Part shown: positions 55,289 through 64,000 of the stretch, one piece after another | Position numbering within the stretch: position 1 is the first letter of the stretch | Layout: every line of letters starts with the position of its first letter | Source of the DNA: Saprospiraceae bacterium | Lineage (GTDB): Bacteria; Bacteroidota; Bacteroidia; Chitinophagales; Saprospiraceae | Direction: 5' to 3' | Assembly: GCA_025056735.1 (NCBI GenBank) | Contig: JANWVR010000119.1 | Span: 501 to 64,500, forward strand | DNA: 64,000 bases | Notes under the pieces: generated by a model | Database searches by the model: none | What the model was told of the DNA's origin: nothing | What the model saw: the letters and a program-made list of their open reading frames with translations, nothing else | Position numbers and translations under genes: made by a program

Positions 55289-56731
55289 ATGGAGAAATTG
55301 CTCAATTATATCGGCGGCCAATACGTGCCGCCCGTCTCCGGGCAGTACTTAGAAAACATTGCCCCCGCCACGGGCGAGGTCTTCTCACTCGTGCCCGACT
55401 CTGGCCCTGAAGACGTCGAAGCCGCCGTGCAGGCCGCCGAGGCCGCCTTTCCAGCGTGGTCGGCCTTGCCGTTGGAGAAGCGGCACGACCTCCTGCGCGC
55501 CATCAGCGACGGCATTGCGACCAATTTGGAGCGTCTGGCCCAGGCCGAATGCCTTGACTCGGGCAAGACCATCACTGCCGCGCGTACGGTGGATATTCCG
55601 CGGGCGGCTTTGAATTTCAAGTTTTTTGCTACGGCACTGCTGCATTTTGCCTCCGAAAGTTATCACATGCCCGGCGCGCTCAGCTATACCCTGCGCCAGC
55701 CACTGGGCGTGGTGGGCGGCATTTCGCCGTGGAACCTGCCGCTGTATCTGTTCACCTGGAAAATCGCCCCTGCGCTGGCGGCGGGCAATTGCGTGGTGGG
55801 CAAGCCCTCCGAAGTGACGCCATACACGGCCTATTTGCTGGGTGAAATCTGCAACGACGCCGGCCTGCCGCCGGGCGTGCTCAACATCGTGCACGGGCTG
55901 GGGCCAAAAGCCGGTGAGGCCATTGTGCGCCACCCGAAGGTGAAGGCCATCTCTTTCACCGGCAGCACGCGCGCCGGGGCTGAAATTGCCCGCATTGCTG
56001 CGCCTATGTTCAAGAAGCTCTCGCTCGAATTGGGCGGCAAAAACCCCAACCTCATCTTCGCCGATTGCGATTACGAGCACATGCTGGAGACGACCGTGGC
56101 TTCGTCGTTCAACAACCAGGGCCAGATCTGCCTGTGCGGCTCGCGCATCTATGTGGAGCGGCCACTGTACGAGCGCTTTCGGCGCGATTTTGTCGCGCGC
56201 GTCCAGGCCATGCGCGTAGGCGATCCCGCCGACCCGCAGACACGGCTGGGCGCCGTAGTGTCGAAGGCGCATTTTGATAAAATTCTCACTTACATTGAGT
56301 TGGCGCAACGGGAGGGCGGCCGTGTTCTTTGCGGCGGGCATGCCCTTCAACTGCCGGGGCGCCTGGCGGGTGGCTATTACATCGCCCCCACGGTGGTGGA
56401 AGGGCTGCCGTTGGAATGCCGCACGAACCAGGAGGAAATCTTTGGCCCTGTGGTTACCATAGCGCCTTTCGACACCGATGAAGAGGCGCTGGCGCTGGCC
56501 AATGGCGTACCTTACGGCCTGAGCGCCACCCTATGGACCAACAACCTCCGACGAGCGCACCACCTGAGCGCGCACCTGCAGGCCGGCATCGTGTGGGTCA
56601 ATTGCTGGCTATTGCGCGATTTGCGCACGCCTTTTGGCGGCGTCAAGCAGTCCGGCGTCGGGCGCGAAGGCGGCTGGGAAGCGCTGCGTTTTTTTACTGA
56701 AACCAAAAGCGTAACCATCGCTGAACGCTGA
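55289..56731 (+). CDS. NAD(P)-dependent aldehyde dehydrogenase (hydroxy/aminomuconic-semialdehyde dehydrogenase-like)
   Basis: MEKLLNYIGGQYV..., SPWNLPLYLFTWKIAPALAAGNCVVGKPSE, LELGGKNP and the catalytic Cys context NQGQICLCGSRIYV. ATG at 55289. Confidence 0.9.
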   Translation: MEKLLNYIGGQYVPPVSGQYLENIAPATGEVFSLVPDSGPEDVEAAVQAAEAAFPAWSALPLEKRHDLLRAISDGIATNLERLAQAECLDSGKTITAARTVDIPRAALNFKFFATALLHFASESYHMPGALSYTLRQPLGVVGGISPWNLPLYLFTWKIAPALAAGNCVVGKPSEVTPYTAYLLGEICNDAGLPPGVLNIVHGLGPKAGEAIVRHPKVKAISFTGSTRAGAEIARIAAPMFKKLSLELGGKNPNLIFADCDYEHMLETTVASSFNNQGQICLCGSRIYVERPLYERFRRDFVARVQAMRVGDPADPQTRLGAVVSKAHFDKILTYIELAQREGGRVLCGGHALQLPGRLAGGYYIAPTVVEGLPLECRTNQEEIFGPVVTIAPFDTDEEALALANGVPYGLSATLWTNNLRRAHHLSAHLQAGIVWVNCWLLRDLRTPFGGVKQSGVGREGGWEALRFFTETKSVTIAER

Positions 56732-56736
56732 CCTGC

Positions 56737-57417
56737 ATGGACGACATCCCTATCCTGTACGAGGATCGGTACCTGCTGGCGCTCAATAAGCCCGCCGGAC
56801 TTTCCTCCGAAAGCGGCAGCGCTCCTCATCCGTCGGCGGAGGTGTGGGCTTTGGAATACCTGCGCCGCACCACTAAGCGCCAGCAGCCGTACCTGCGCGT
56901 GGCGCATCGGTTGGATCGGGTGAGCAGTGGCGTGCTGCTGTTGGCTAAAACCAAGACAGCCCTTCAGCATCTGATGCAGCAATTTGAGGCGCGTATGGTC
57001 GTCAAGGTGTATGTGGCTCAAGTGGTGGGCGACCTGCCCGCCGAGTCGGGCTTGCTAACGCACTACCTCGGTCGAAGCGCAGATGGGCACAGCGCTGTGC
57101 TGAGCGAGACGCCTTTTGAGGGCGGCCAGCCTGCCGTTTGCCGCTATCGGCTGTTGGAGCGGCTCGAAGGGTTATCTCTGGTCGAGCTGACGCCGAAGAC
57201 TGGTCGCTTTCATCAGTTGCGCGCGCAAATGGCCTTCATCGGCTGCCCTATTGTGGGCGACGAACGCTACGGCGGCCCGCCCTGGCGTCTGCACGCCATT
57301 CGCCTGCACGCGCTGCGCTTGCAGGTACATCACCCGCTTAGCCAGGCGGCGCTTTCCATAGAAGCACCCTTACCGGCGGATTGGACAGCGCTTGAGGGCT
57401 ATCCGCAGCACGGGTAG
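56737..57417 (+). CDS. RluA-family pseudouridine synthase
   Basis: ILYEDRYLLALNKPAGL, the catalytic Asp motif HRLDRVSSGVLLLAKT, and GRFHQLRAQMA. Confidence 0.85.
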   Translation: MDDIPILYEDRYLLALNKPAGLSSESGSAPHPSAEVWALEYLRRTTKRQQPYLRVAHRLDRVSSGVLLLAKTKTALQHLMQQFEARMVVKVYVAQVVGDLPAESGLLTHYLGRSADGHSAVLSETPFEGGQPAVCRYRLLERLEGLSLVELTPKTGRFHQLRAQMAFIGCPIVGDERYGGPPWRLHAIRLHALRLQVHHPLSQAALSIEAPLPADWTALEGYPQHG

Positions 57418-57517
57418 GTGCTCCGAGGGCAGCACAGTACCCTTACAAAAAGAGCCCTGGCGCTCCATTGCGTTGCTTTTCAGGGAAAAACAGGATGTTT
57501 GCTTTGCACTCGTTATC

Positions 57518-57525
57518 GTACCTTT
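57518..57525 (+). promoter_or_regulatory. TAnnTTTG -7 box (TACCTTTG) with TTTG 17 nt upstream
   Basis: About 185 nt upstream of the ATG at 57710, which implies a long leader if used. Confidence 0.3.
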
Positions 57526-57709
57526 GCAATGCCCCGCTGTCAAAAGATGGTCCCTCTGCTATACCAGACAACGCAAACGGTCGTTGTTTGGGCGTTTGTA
57601 TTAGATTGAACGATAGCCTTTTCTGCTCAAAAACATGCGGACCATCCGGTTGCCTCAGCGCGCGAACGACCAATGCGCTTTTTTCACCTTCACCCAAATC
57701 TGTTTTACC

Positions 57710-60700
57710 ATGAACCCGATGCTGCCTAAACTTTTGCAGCTACTGCTGGCGCTTTGTATTGCCAGCGCGGCTGCTGCCCAGAGCAATGTGGAAGAAATCT
57801 TAGCCCGCGCCAATAAGCAATTTGAACTCAATGCCTTTAATCTGGCTTTGCGTACTTATGAGCAAGCCCTGAAAGAGCAGCCCAACAATGCGCAGGCCCT
57901 GGCCCGCAGTGGCGATTGCTATTTCTACCTCAATCGCCCGCAAGACGCGCTGGGCTGGTACGAACGCGCCCTGCAAAGCGACCCGTCGCCCTCGGAGGTG
58001 ATGTTTCGCTACGGGCGCGCGCTCATGCACACGGGCGACTATCTGGGCGCCAAGAAATGGTTCCTGGCTTATGCCGCTCTGAACAGCACTGTGGGCCAGC
58101 ATTACGCCCAGATGTGCGACTTTGCCCTCCAGGCCAGTCGGCGCGAGGGCATCTTCAAGGCGCTGAACGAGCCAATCAGCACAGCCAGTGCCGACTTTGC
58201 GCCTGCCTTCTATGGAGACCAGATCGTGTACAGCTCCTCGCGCAGCGATATCAAACGCCGCACCAGCACCAAATCGAGCAGCGACTGGACGGGCAGCGCC
58301 CACAACCAGCTGTTCGTAACGCGCCGGGGCCCCGACGGGTATTTGCAAAACCCAACCTTCCTGCGCGAAGATCTGGAAAACACCTTCAACGACGGGCCGG
58401 TCAGCTTCTCCGCCAACAAGCGTCGCGTGGCTTATTGCCGCAACTCGTTTATGGACGGTACGCGCCAAATATCGGAAAAGGGCATGAGTCTGAGTCTGTA
58501 CGTGGCCGATGTGGTTGAAGGTAAGTGGGTCAACGAACGTGCCTTCCCTTACAATGGCTCCGACTATGCCACAGGATTTCCCTATCTGAGCGCCGACGGC
58601 AACACGCTCTATTTCGCCTCTGACCGCCCGGGCGGTATGGGCGGATGGGACCTGTATGTGTCCACCTGGAACGGCAGCGCGTGGTCTGTGCCCAAAAACC
58701 TCGGTGCGCCCATCAACACGCCAGGCAACGAAATCACGCCTTTTGTGGAAGACGATATCCTCTATTTCGCTTCCGATTGGCACCCGGGTCTGGGTGGCTT
58801 CGACGTGTTTCGCATAGAACTGAGCGACTTCGGCACGCCGCAGGTGTTTCATCTGGGCACGGGCATCAACTCCTCGCGCGACGACTACGGCTTCATCTTC
58901 GACGCCCGCAGCGGCTATGGCTACCTGACCAGCAACCGCCCTGGCGGACGCGGCCACGAAGACCTCTGGCAGGTGCGCAAGCAGGTAGATGAATTCACTA
59001 TCGAAGTCGTAGATGCCCAGCAGCGCCCTATTTCTTACGCCGAGATTGACTTTTCGGCCTGCAGCAGCGCCGCCGGCATCCGCCAAACCGACGCCGCCGG
59101 CCGCTACACCTTCCAGACGCCCGCTGGTCGGGCCAACTGCCAGGCTACCGTGCGCAAAGACGGATACCAGCCTGCGACAGTGTCTATTCGCACCGCTGGC
59201 GATAAAAGCCTGAAGGTCGTCCTGGCCAACGACGGCGCCGCTGCCCGCTCAACAACCTCACCCTTCTCGGCAACTGCCCCTGTTACTTACAGCACTACGC
59301 CCGACAACGACGACATTCCTGTGCGCATGGGCAACATCGAGCGCTTCACTGTAACCGTTACTGACCCAAATGGGCGCCCTATGCCCGGTGCTGAAATCAA
59401 CCTGACGGCCTGCGATCTGGGCATCCAGCGCACCGATGAAAACGGCCAGGCGGCGTTTTACTATCCAGCCAACAGCGAATGCAACCTTATCGTGCGTAAA
59501 AGCGGCCACGAAGACGTCTTCATCGCCCTGCACCAACAGGCCGGGCGCGACCTGGCCGTCCGCCTGAAGCCGTCGAACCGCATGCGCTACGGCGGCATCG
59601 TGCGCGACATGAACACGGGGCGCCCTCTGGCCGACGTGCAGGTAACAGCGCGCGCCGAAAGCGAAAATCACGAGACCGTCGCTATCAGCGATGCCGCCGG
59701 CAAGTACAACCTGTCGCTCAAGCCCAACTTGAACTACAAGGTCATCTATGAAAAGGAAGGCTATCTGAAAGGCGTCGCCAGTGTGTACAGCATTGCGCAC
59801 GAAGACAATGCGAATTACCCCATGATGCCTGACCCGGCCGCCAAACCAGTGCAATATTCGACGGTAACTCCGGGCAGTAGCCCGGGTATGATTTCCATAG
59901 ACGAACTCGATGCCTCCAAACCCTCGAGTACGGCCAAACCGCGGAAGCCTTCGTCGCCTGCGACTAAAGGAGAGGCTTTTGCCATTCAATTAGCCGCCAA
60001 TCCAGAAGACTTCTCGGCCAGCCGCCTGCGCCGTTACAGTGAATACACCTCTCTGGGCAACCTGTACACCGTACGCGAAGGCAACTTGTACAAACTGCGG
60101 CTGGGCGCCTACCCCTCGCGCGAGCAGGCCGACGCTGCGCTGGCGCAAATAGCGCCTACCATCACAGATGCTTTTGTCGTGCGCGAGACGCAGGTTAATC
60201 CTGAACTGCTGGTCAGCAGCACGCCATCGGCTTCTGTGCAGTCGGTCAAAAGCCCGATGACATACTCGACCCCTACAGCGCCTGCCCAGCGGTATGCTGT
60301 TCAGGTGGCCTCATCGCCCGCCGATAAGCCGCTGCAACTGAACGACTACGCCCGCCTGAGTAACCTTGGTACAGCGTACATCCGCACAGAAAACAACGTC
60401 ATGCACGTTCGTTTGGGCCCGTGGGATACCCCGGCCCAGGCCGAAGCCGCCCGCGCTGAAGCGGCCCGACAGGGCTTCCCAGGCGCCGTGGTGGTAGTGG
60501 AAAGATCTGCAAACCCGTCTGGCACATCTGCCGAACCGCGATCAGGTTCCTTTACCTCAATGAGCGTATCGGCCATGCCTACGACGCCAAATACTTACTC
60601 AGCGCCCTCGACAACAACACCCTCCGCAGCAGCGCCGCTCAAAGAGTATTACATTCGCCTGAGCGCTATGGAAAACCCCGACAACTTCAACCCTCGCCAG

Positions 60701-60889
60701 GTGGAAGGCGTCGGCGGACGTTTGGAAAAATGGCCCTTGCCCGACGGCAAAATGACAGCCATCATGCTGACGGGTTTCACGGATCTGGAAGAAGCCAAAC
60801 GAGCCACTGATCGCCTGCGCGCCGGCGCTTTCCCAGATGCCTATATCATTCAGAATGAGCAAGGTAAGATGAGCCGCAACCGCTATTAA
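57710..60889 (+). CDS. Exported envelope protein: TPR repeats, PD40/TolB-like beta-propeller, CarboxypepD_reg-like Ig domains, three C-terminal SPOR domains
   Basis: Signal peptide MNPMLPKLLQLLLALCIASAAAAQ; TPR (ALRTYEQALKEQPNNAQALARSGDCYFYLNRPQDALGWYERAL); PD40-type motifs (YLSADGNTLYFASDRPGGMGGWDLY, ILYFASDWHPGLGGFDVF). Three SPOR-like units (FAIQLAAN...YKLRLGAYPSREQADAAL; YAVQVASS...VRLGPWDTPAQAEAA; YYIRLSAM...TGFTDLEEAKRATDRL). Confidence 0.8.
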   Translation: MNPMLPKLLQLLLALCIASAAAAQSNVEEILARANKQFELNAFNLALRTYEQALKEQPNNAQALARSGDCYFYLNRPQDALGWYERALQSDPSPSEVMFRYGRALMHTGDYLGAKKWFLAYAALNSTVGQHYAQMCDFALQASRREGIFKALNEPISTASADFAPAFYGDQIVYSSSRSDIKRRTSTKSSSDWTGSAHNQLFVTRRGPDGYLQNPTFLREDLENTFNDGPVSFSANKRRVAYCRNSFMDGTRQISEKGMSLSLYVADVVEGKWVNERAFPYNGSDYATGFPYLSADGNTLYFASDRPGGMGGWDLYVSTWNGSAWSVPKNLGAPINTPGNEITPFVEDDILYFASDWHPGLGGFDVFRIELSDFGTPQVFHLGTGINSSRDDYGFIFDARSGYGYLTSNRPGGRGHEDLWQVRKQVDEFTIEVVDAQQRPISYAEIDFSACSSAAGIRQTDAAGRYTFQTPAGRANCQATVRKDGYQPATVSIRTAGDKSLKVVLANDGAAARSTTSPFSATAPVTYSTTPDNDDIPVRMGNIERFTVTVTDPNGRPMPGAEINLTACDLGIQRTDENGQAAFYYPANSECNLIVRKSGHEDVFIALHQQAGRDLAVRLKPSNRMRYGGIVRDMNTGRPLADVQVTARAESENHETVAISDAAGKYNLSLKPNLNYKVIYEKEGYLKGVASVYSIAHEDNANYPMMPDPAAKPVQYSTVTPGSSPGMISIDELDASKPSSTAKPRKPSSPATKGEAFAIQLAANPEDFSASRLRRYSEYTSLGNLYTVREGNLYKLRLGAYPSREQADAALAQIAPTITDAFVVRETQVNPELLVSSTPSASVQSVKSPMTYSTPTAPAQRYAVQVASSPADKPLQLNDYARLSNLGTAYIRTENNVMHVRLGPWDTPAQAEAARAEAARQGFPGAVVVVERSANPSGTSAEPRSGSFTSMSVSAMPTTPNTYSAPSTTTPSAAAPLKEYYIRLSAMENPDNFNPRQVEGVGGRLEKWPLPDGKMTAIMLTGFTDLEEAKRATDRLRAGAFPDAYIIQNEQGKMSRNRY

Positions 60890-61048
60890 CGTCGTCGGTG
60901 TGTCGCCCGCTTCGAGGTGCAGACCGGCAAAAAAGGATATCGCCTTTTGGCGCTTTGTATCTCCGGCAACAGATGCAGCGCCACAGCAAACGCAGGGCAG
61001 CACGATTGAGGCTTTTACATGCTGGCAAGCATTTTGCCCGATTTATTC

Positions 61049-61056
61049 TACTTTTG
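61049..61056 (+). promoter_or_regulatory. TAnnTTTG -7 box (TACTTTTG) upstream of parA
   Basis: 48 nt upstream of the ATG at 61104. Confidence 0.3.
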
Positions 61057-61103
61057 TTGCTCGAAAAGCGTTCTGCTTCAGGCGAAAGCACAAACCGAAC
61101 ATT

Positions 61104-61895
61104 ATGGGCTTTATCGTTTCATTACTTAACCACAAAGGTGGCGTCGGGAAAACCACCAGCGCCATCAATATCGGCGCAGGCTTAGTGGAGCTGGGCAAGA
61201 AGGTACTGTTAGTGGACTTAGACCCTCAGGCCAATTTGACCATCTCGTTGGGCATCCCGCGCCAGCGCTACACTATCTACGAAGCCCTGCGCGGCGAAGG
61301 CGAGCTGACGCCCGTTACCTACAAACCCAATTTAGACGTCATCACGTCGTCGCTCGACCTCTCTGGCGCTGAGATGGAGCTGATCAATGAGGCCGGTCGA
61401 GAGTTTATTTTGCGCGAGCTGTTGACGCAGGTAGAAGCCGATTACGACTACATCCTCATTGACTGCCCGCCTTCGCTGGGACTGCTTACGCTGAACGCCC
61501 TGACGAGCAGCCGCTATGTGCTCATCCCGCTACAGACAGAGTTCCTGGCCGTGCAGGGATTGGCCAAAATCAAACAAGTGATTGACAAGGTGCGCATGCG
61601 CCTCAATACACAGCTGGAAATGGCCGGCGTCATTGCCACCATGTACGACAGCCGCCGCGTGCTCAACCGAGACGTGGTGGACATCATTCACAAGTACTTC
61701 GGCGATAAGGTGTTCAGCACCTATATCCGCGACAATATCGCCTTAGCCGAAGCCCCCGCGCAACGCAAAGACATTTTTGAATACAGCCCAAAATCCACCG
61801 GCGCGCACGATTACTTGGAACTGGCCCGCGAGTTTCTGGCCCGCGTAGAAAACACCACCTTCGTGCCCGCCCTTCAACAAGAGCAAACCGCCTGA
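61104..61895 (+). CDS. parA: ParA/Soj-family partition ATPase
   Basis: MGFIVSLLNHKGGVGKTTSAINIGAGL (deviant Walker A), LLVDLDPQANLT and YDYILIDCPPSLG. ATG at 61104. Confidence 0.9.
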   Translation: MGFIVSLLNHKGGVGKTTSAINIGAGLVELGKKVLLVDLDPQANLTISLGIPRQRYTIYEALRGEGELTPVTYKPNLDVITSSLDLSGAEMELINEAGREFILRELLTQVEADYDYILIDCPPSLGLLTLNALTSSRYVLIPLQTEFLAVQGLAKIKQVIDKVRMRLNTQLEMAGVIATMYDSRRVLNRDVVDIIHKYFGDKVFSTYIRDNIALAEAPAQRKDIFEYSPKSTGAHDYLELAREFLARVENTTFVPALQQEQTA

Positions 61896-61899
61896 ACGC

Positions 61900-62367
61900 A
61901 TGAGCAAGAAACGTTTTTCGGAAGGGCTCGACGAACTGCTCCAATCTTCGGGCGACACCACTACCGCTGCCCTCCCCCAGGCAGAAAATGCCGTGCGCGA
62001 ACGCCGCGCCAGCACCTCCAAAAATTTTGTACGCGATTTAGAGGCGCTCTTCGAGGAAGCCTTAGCAGACAACCTCGACGACATTCCTGAGGGCGAGGCC
62101 AATACGCCCACCAGCACCGCCCAAATGCCTGCCCACGTGCGAAACGCGGGCTTAGACGCCCTCATACGACCCACCAGCGCCTATGCCGCCGAAACCGCTG
62201 ATGTCGGCGCCAGTCTTAAGCGCCTGACCGTAACGGTAGAGCGCGCTAAATTGGAAAAATTGCGCCTGCTGGCGCGCACTGAAAACCTTTACCTCAAAGA
62301 CCTCCTCCAGCGCGCTATTGATGAGTTTTTGAAAAAATACGAGCCAGACGCCAGCAACGCGCTCTGA
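61900..62367 (+). CDS. Small acidic protein with predicted C-terminal ribbon-helix-helix fold (possible ParG/CopG-like partner of ParA)
   Basis: Starts 5 nt after the parA stop. The N-terminal ~100 aa look disordered. The C-terminus KRLTVTVERAKLEKLRLLARTENLYLKDLLQRAIDEFLKKY has a beta-strand, helix, helix pattern. The fold call comes from the sequence pattern only. Confidence 0.5.
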   Translation: MSKKRFSEGLDELLQSSGDTTTAALPQAENAVRERRASTSKNFVRDLEALFEEALADNLDDIPEGEANTPTSTAQMPAHVRNAGLDALIRPTSAYAAETADVGASLKRLTVTVERAKLEKLRLLARTENLYLKDLLQRAIDEFLKKYEPDASNAL

Positions 62368-62395
62368 TACGTCCGGCGATCCCTCCTGCGCGCGT

Positions 62396-63334
62396 ATGCA
62401 GCCCTTTCACGACTTTCGGGTTTTCTACAATCAGAATATCTTCCCGGAGTTGGTCAATTTAGAGCGCCGGCGGCGGCGGCTCATTCGGCTGTTGAGCATT
62501 TCTGTTCTCTTGCTGACAGGCATTGGCGCCATACAGATTTATCTGAACATCTTTCTCGTTACGCTAATGCTGTTCATCCCTGTGGGGCTGTGGACAAGCT
62601 ACTTAGTTCACCAGATTCAGGTGTACTATCAGGAGTTCAAGCCGCGCATTGTGGGGTTGGTGCTTGATTTTATTGACAACGATGTCAACTACCGCGAGCT
62701 GCGCTATCAGGAGAAAGGCAAAATACCGAAGGAGAAGTTTCTGGCCAGCAAAATTTTCACCCGAGCCGATGTGTATCACGGCGAAGACCTGATTACGGGC
62801 TGGGTGCGCGAGTTACCTTTTGAGATGTGCGAGCTGAATGTGCTGCAGGTGTCTTCGGTGCGCGACCAGTTAGAGCCCGTTTTTCGCGGCATATTTGTAT
62901 GCGGCGATTTCTATCGGGCCGACATGCTGGGCAGTGTGCTCATCCTGCCCGACGCCTATCGAAAGTACCTGAGCCATAGCGAAAGGGCCTTTCATCGCGC
63001 CGGTGGCCGGAGAGTCAAAAAACAATTGCTCGACGAGTTTGAGGCCGTTTTTGATACTTATGCCACCCCGCAGGTGCGCGTTGCTGAGGTCATCTCGACA
63101 GACTTGCAGCGGGCTATTCTGCGCTTTCGAGAGCGTTTTTTACAGACCAACCAGCAAAAGGATATTTATCTGTCTATCATCGAGGACAACGTCTATGTGG
63201 CGCTTTCGCACCCAAAGAACCTGCTGGAGCCGTCGCTCTTCCGCAACACAGTGAGCTTCGAGGTCGTCCAGGAGTTCTACGACGATATTCACTTGCTGCT
63301 CGAAATCTTAAGCGAATTAGACGTGCTTAACTGA
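62396..63334 (+). CDS. DUF3137-like membrane protein
   Basis: [29 protein letters not shown], then two TM helices and a soluble C-terminal domain. The architecture matches DUF3137 as I remember it. Confidence 0.6.
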   Translation: MQPFHDFRVFYNQNIFPELVNLERRRRRLIRLLSISVLLLTGIGAIQIYLNIFLVTLMLFIPVGLWTSYLVHQIQVYYQEFKPRIVGLVLDFIDNDVNYRELRYQEKGKIPKEKFLASKIFTRADVYHGEDLITGWVRELPFEMCELNVLQVSSVRDQLEPVFRGIFVCGDFYRADMLGSVLILPDAYRKYLSHSERAFHRAGGRRVKKQLLDEFEAVFDTYATPQVRVAEVISTDLQRAILRFRERFLQTNQQKDIYLSIIEDNVYVALSHPKNLLEPSLFRNTVSFEVVQEFYDDIHLLLEILSELDVLN

Positions 63335-64000
63335 CCGCCATTGCCGGCTGCTTTTTGAATTTAACGCCGCTGCGCTGCAACTCTTCGCGCAAGAATTGGC
63401 TCGTCCAGCCTTTCTGGCTTTGCGCCACCTCTTCGGGCGTTCCGCAGCACACGATGGTTCCGCCTCGGGCGCCGCCTTCGGGGCCAATGTCCACGATATA
63501 GTCGGCCGTTTTGATGACGTCTAAGTTGTGTTCAATGACGACGACGGTATTGCCCTTGTCGGTCAGTTTGTTCAGTACGGCCAACAGGTGTTGGATGTCT
63601 TCAAAGTGCAGACCAGTGGTGGGTTCGTCTAAGATGTACAGGGTGCGGCCGGTGTCTCGCTTGCTGAGTTCTTCGGCGAGTTTGACGCGCTGCGCTTCGC
63701 CGCCGCTCAGGGTAGTGGCGGGTTGGCCTAAGGTGATGTAGCCCAGCCCGACGTCTTGCAGGGTTTTCAATTTTCGATGGATGTTCGGAATGGGCTGAAA
63801 GAAGGCTACGGCTTCGTCAATGGTCATGTTGAGCACGTCGCTGATGCTCTTGCCTTTGTACAGGATTTCGAGGGTTTCGCGGTTGTAGCGCCGGCCCATG
63901 CAGCGCTCGCAGGGCACCGAGACGTCGGGCAGGAAGTTCATCTCGATGACGCGCATGCCTGCGCCTTCGCACACCTCGCAGCGGCCGCCTTTGACATTGA
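63327..64000 (-). CDS. uvrA: Excinuclease ABC subunit A, C-terminal part (5' end off window)
   Basis: The frame is open to the window edge. [27 protein letters not shown], the ABC signature [12 protein letters not shown], Walker [13 protein letters not shown] and [24 protein letters not shown]. The 3' end overlaps the DUF3137 gene by 8 nt. Confidence 0.9.
   Translation of the reverse strand, partial: NVKGGRCEVCEGAGMRVIEMNFLPDVSVPCERCMGRRYNRETLEILYKGKSISDVLNMTIDEAVAFFQPIPNIHRKLKTLQDVGLGYITLGQPATTLSGGEAQRVKLAEELSKRDTGRTLYILDEPTTGLHFEDIQHLLAVLNKLTDKGNTVVVIEHNLDVIKTADYIVDIGPEGGARGGTIVCCGTPEEVAQSQKGWTSQFLREELQRSGVKFKKQPAMAVS

Noticed and set aside
57657-57686. A hairpin AGCGC...GCGCT plus T6 about 30 nt upstream of the TPR/SPOR gene start, which could be an attenuator in a 185-nt leader.
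   Set aside because: The stem is only 5 bp with a 13-nt loop, and no alternative antiterminator pairing or leader peptide is evident. Too weak to call.
57800-59086. Long antisense ORFs in the track: 428 aa at 57800-59086; 345 aa at 39652-40689; 321 aa at 55385-56350; 399 aa at 30719-31918; 295 aa at 25195-26082; 263 aa at 8691-9482; 243 aa at 14654-15385; 245 aa at 50079-50816; 243 aa at 47302-48033; 243 aa at 59258-59989.
   Set aside because: Each lies entirely opposite a gene with strong family motifs. Their translations are Arg/Ala/Gly/Pro-rich and low in complexity with no recognisable motifs. This is typical of stop-codon-poor antisense frames in GC-rich DNA.

Overview
Read by eye with the ORF track; no searches or calculations were run. 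The window looks like a GC-rich Bacteroidota chromosome segment. That placement is an inference from a fused ccoN-ccoO gene, SprB-type repeats, a TonB-dependent receptor with a CarboxypepD_reg-like N-terminus, and TAnnTTTG -7 promoter boxes 20-60 nt upstream of many starts.

Most of the window is ordinary housekeeping:
- ECF sigma/FecR pair, a Crp/Fnr regulator, a nitroreductase, PBP1A, rsfS-ftsH, birA
- a second ECF sigma with a membrane partner, cmk, a PA0069-type radical SAM protein, a gamma-carbonic anhydrase, a thiolase
- a complete Bacteroidota-style cbb3 oxidase cluster (ccoS, ccoNO, ccoQ-like, ccoP, ccoG, fixH, DsbD_2/TauE-like), an orphan CoxIII-like gene, a DMT transporter
- malQ, a cyclase, a Kv-type K+ channel, DUF58, a 1348-aa SprB-repeat/OmpA surface protein, a metallopeptidase-VWA (DUF2201) protein
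- a TonB receptor, a GH53 galactanase, a Na+/solute symporter, tadA, guaB, oxyR-katG
- an aldehyde dehydrogenase, an RluA pseudouridine synthase, a TPR/PD40/SPOR envelope protein, ParA plus a small RHH protein, DUF3137, and the 3' part of uvrA

I saw no rRNA, tRNA, CRISPR array, integrase or transposase.

The best candidate for an undescribed system is at about 47.4-55.2 kb, between katG and the aldehyde dehydrogenase. One minus-strand operon encodes an exported papain-like (C1) peptidase fused to DUF4384, an exported beta-propeller-caspase (C14) protein, and a Uma2 (PD-(D/E)XK-like) nuclease. A divergent gene encodes a P-loop ATPase fused to a PD-(D/E)XK nuclease. That gene is bracketed by ~60-bp imperfect direct repeats. 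A twin 13-bp perfect palindrome sits between the two protease genes.

Other non-coding structure not explained by the genes:
- a dispersed CCAAAC-AA-GTTTGG palindromic repeat family at three intergenic loci, including the oxyR leader
- a 13-unit heptanucleotide tandem repeat that forms the leader of the gamma-CA gene
- an orphan promoter/terminator pair with no credible ORF, a candidate sRNA

Many long ORFs in the track are antisense artefacts of the high GC content and were rejected.
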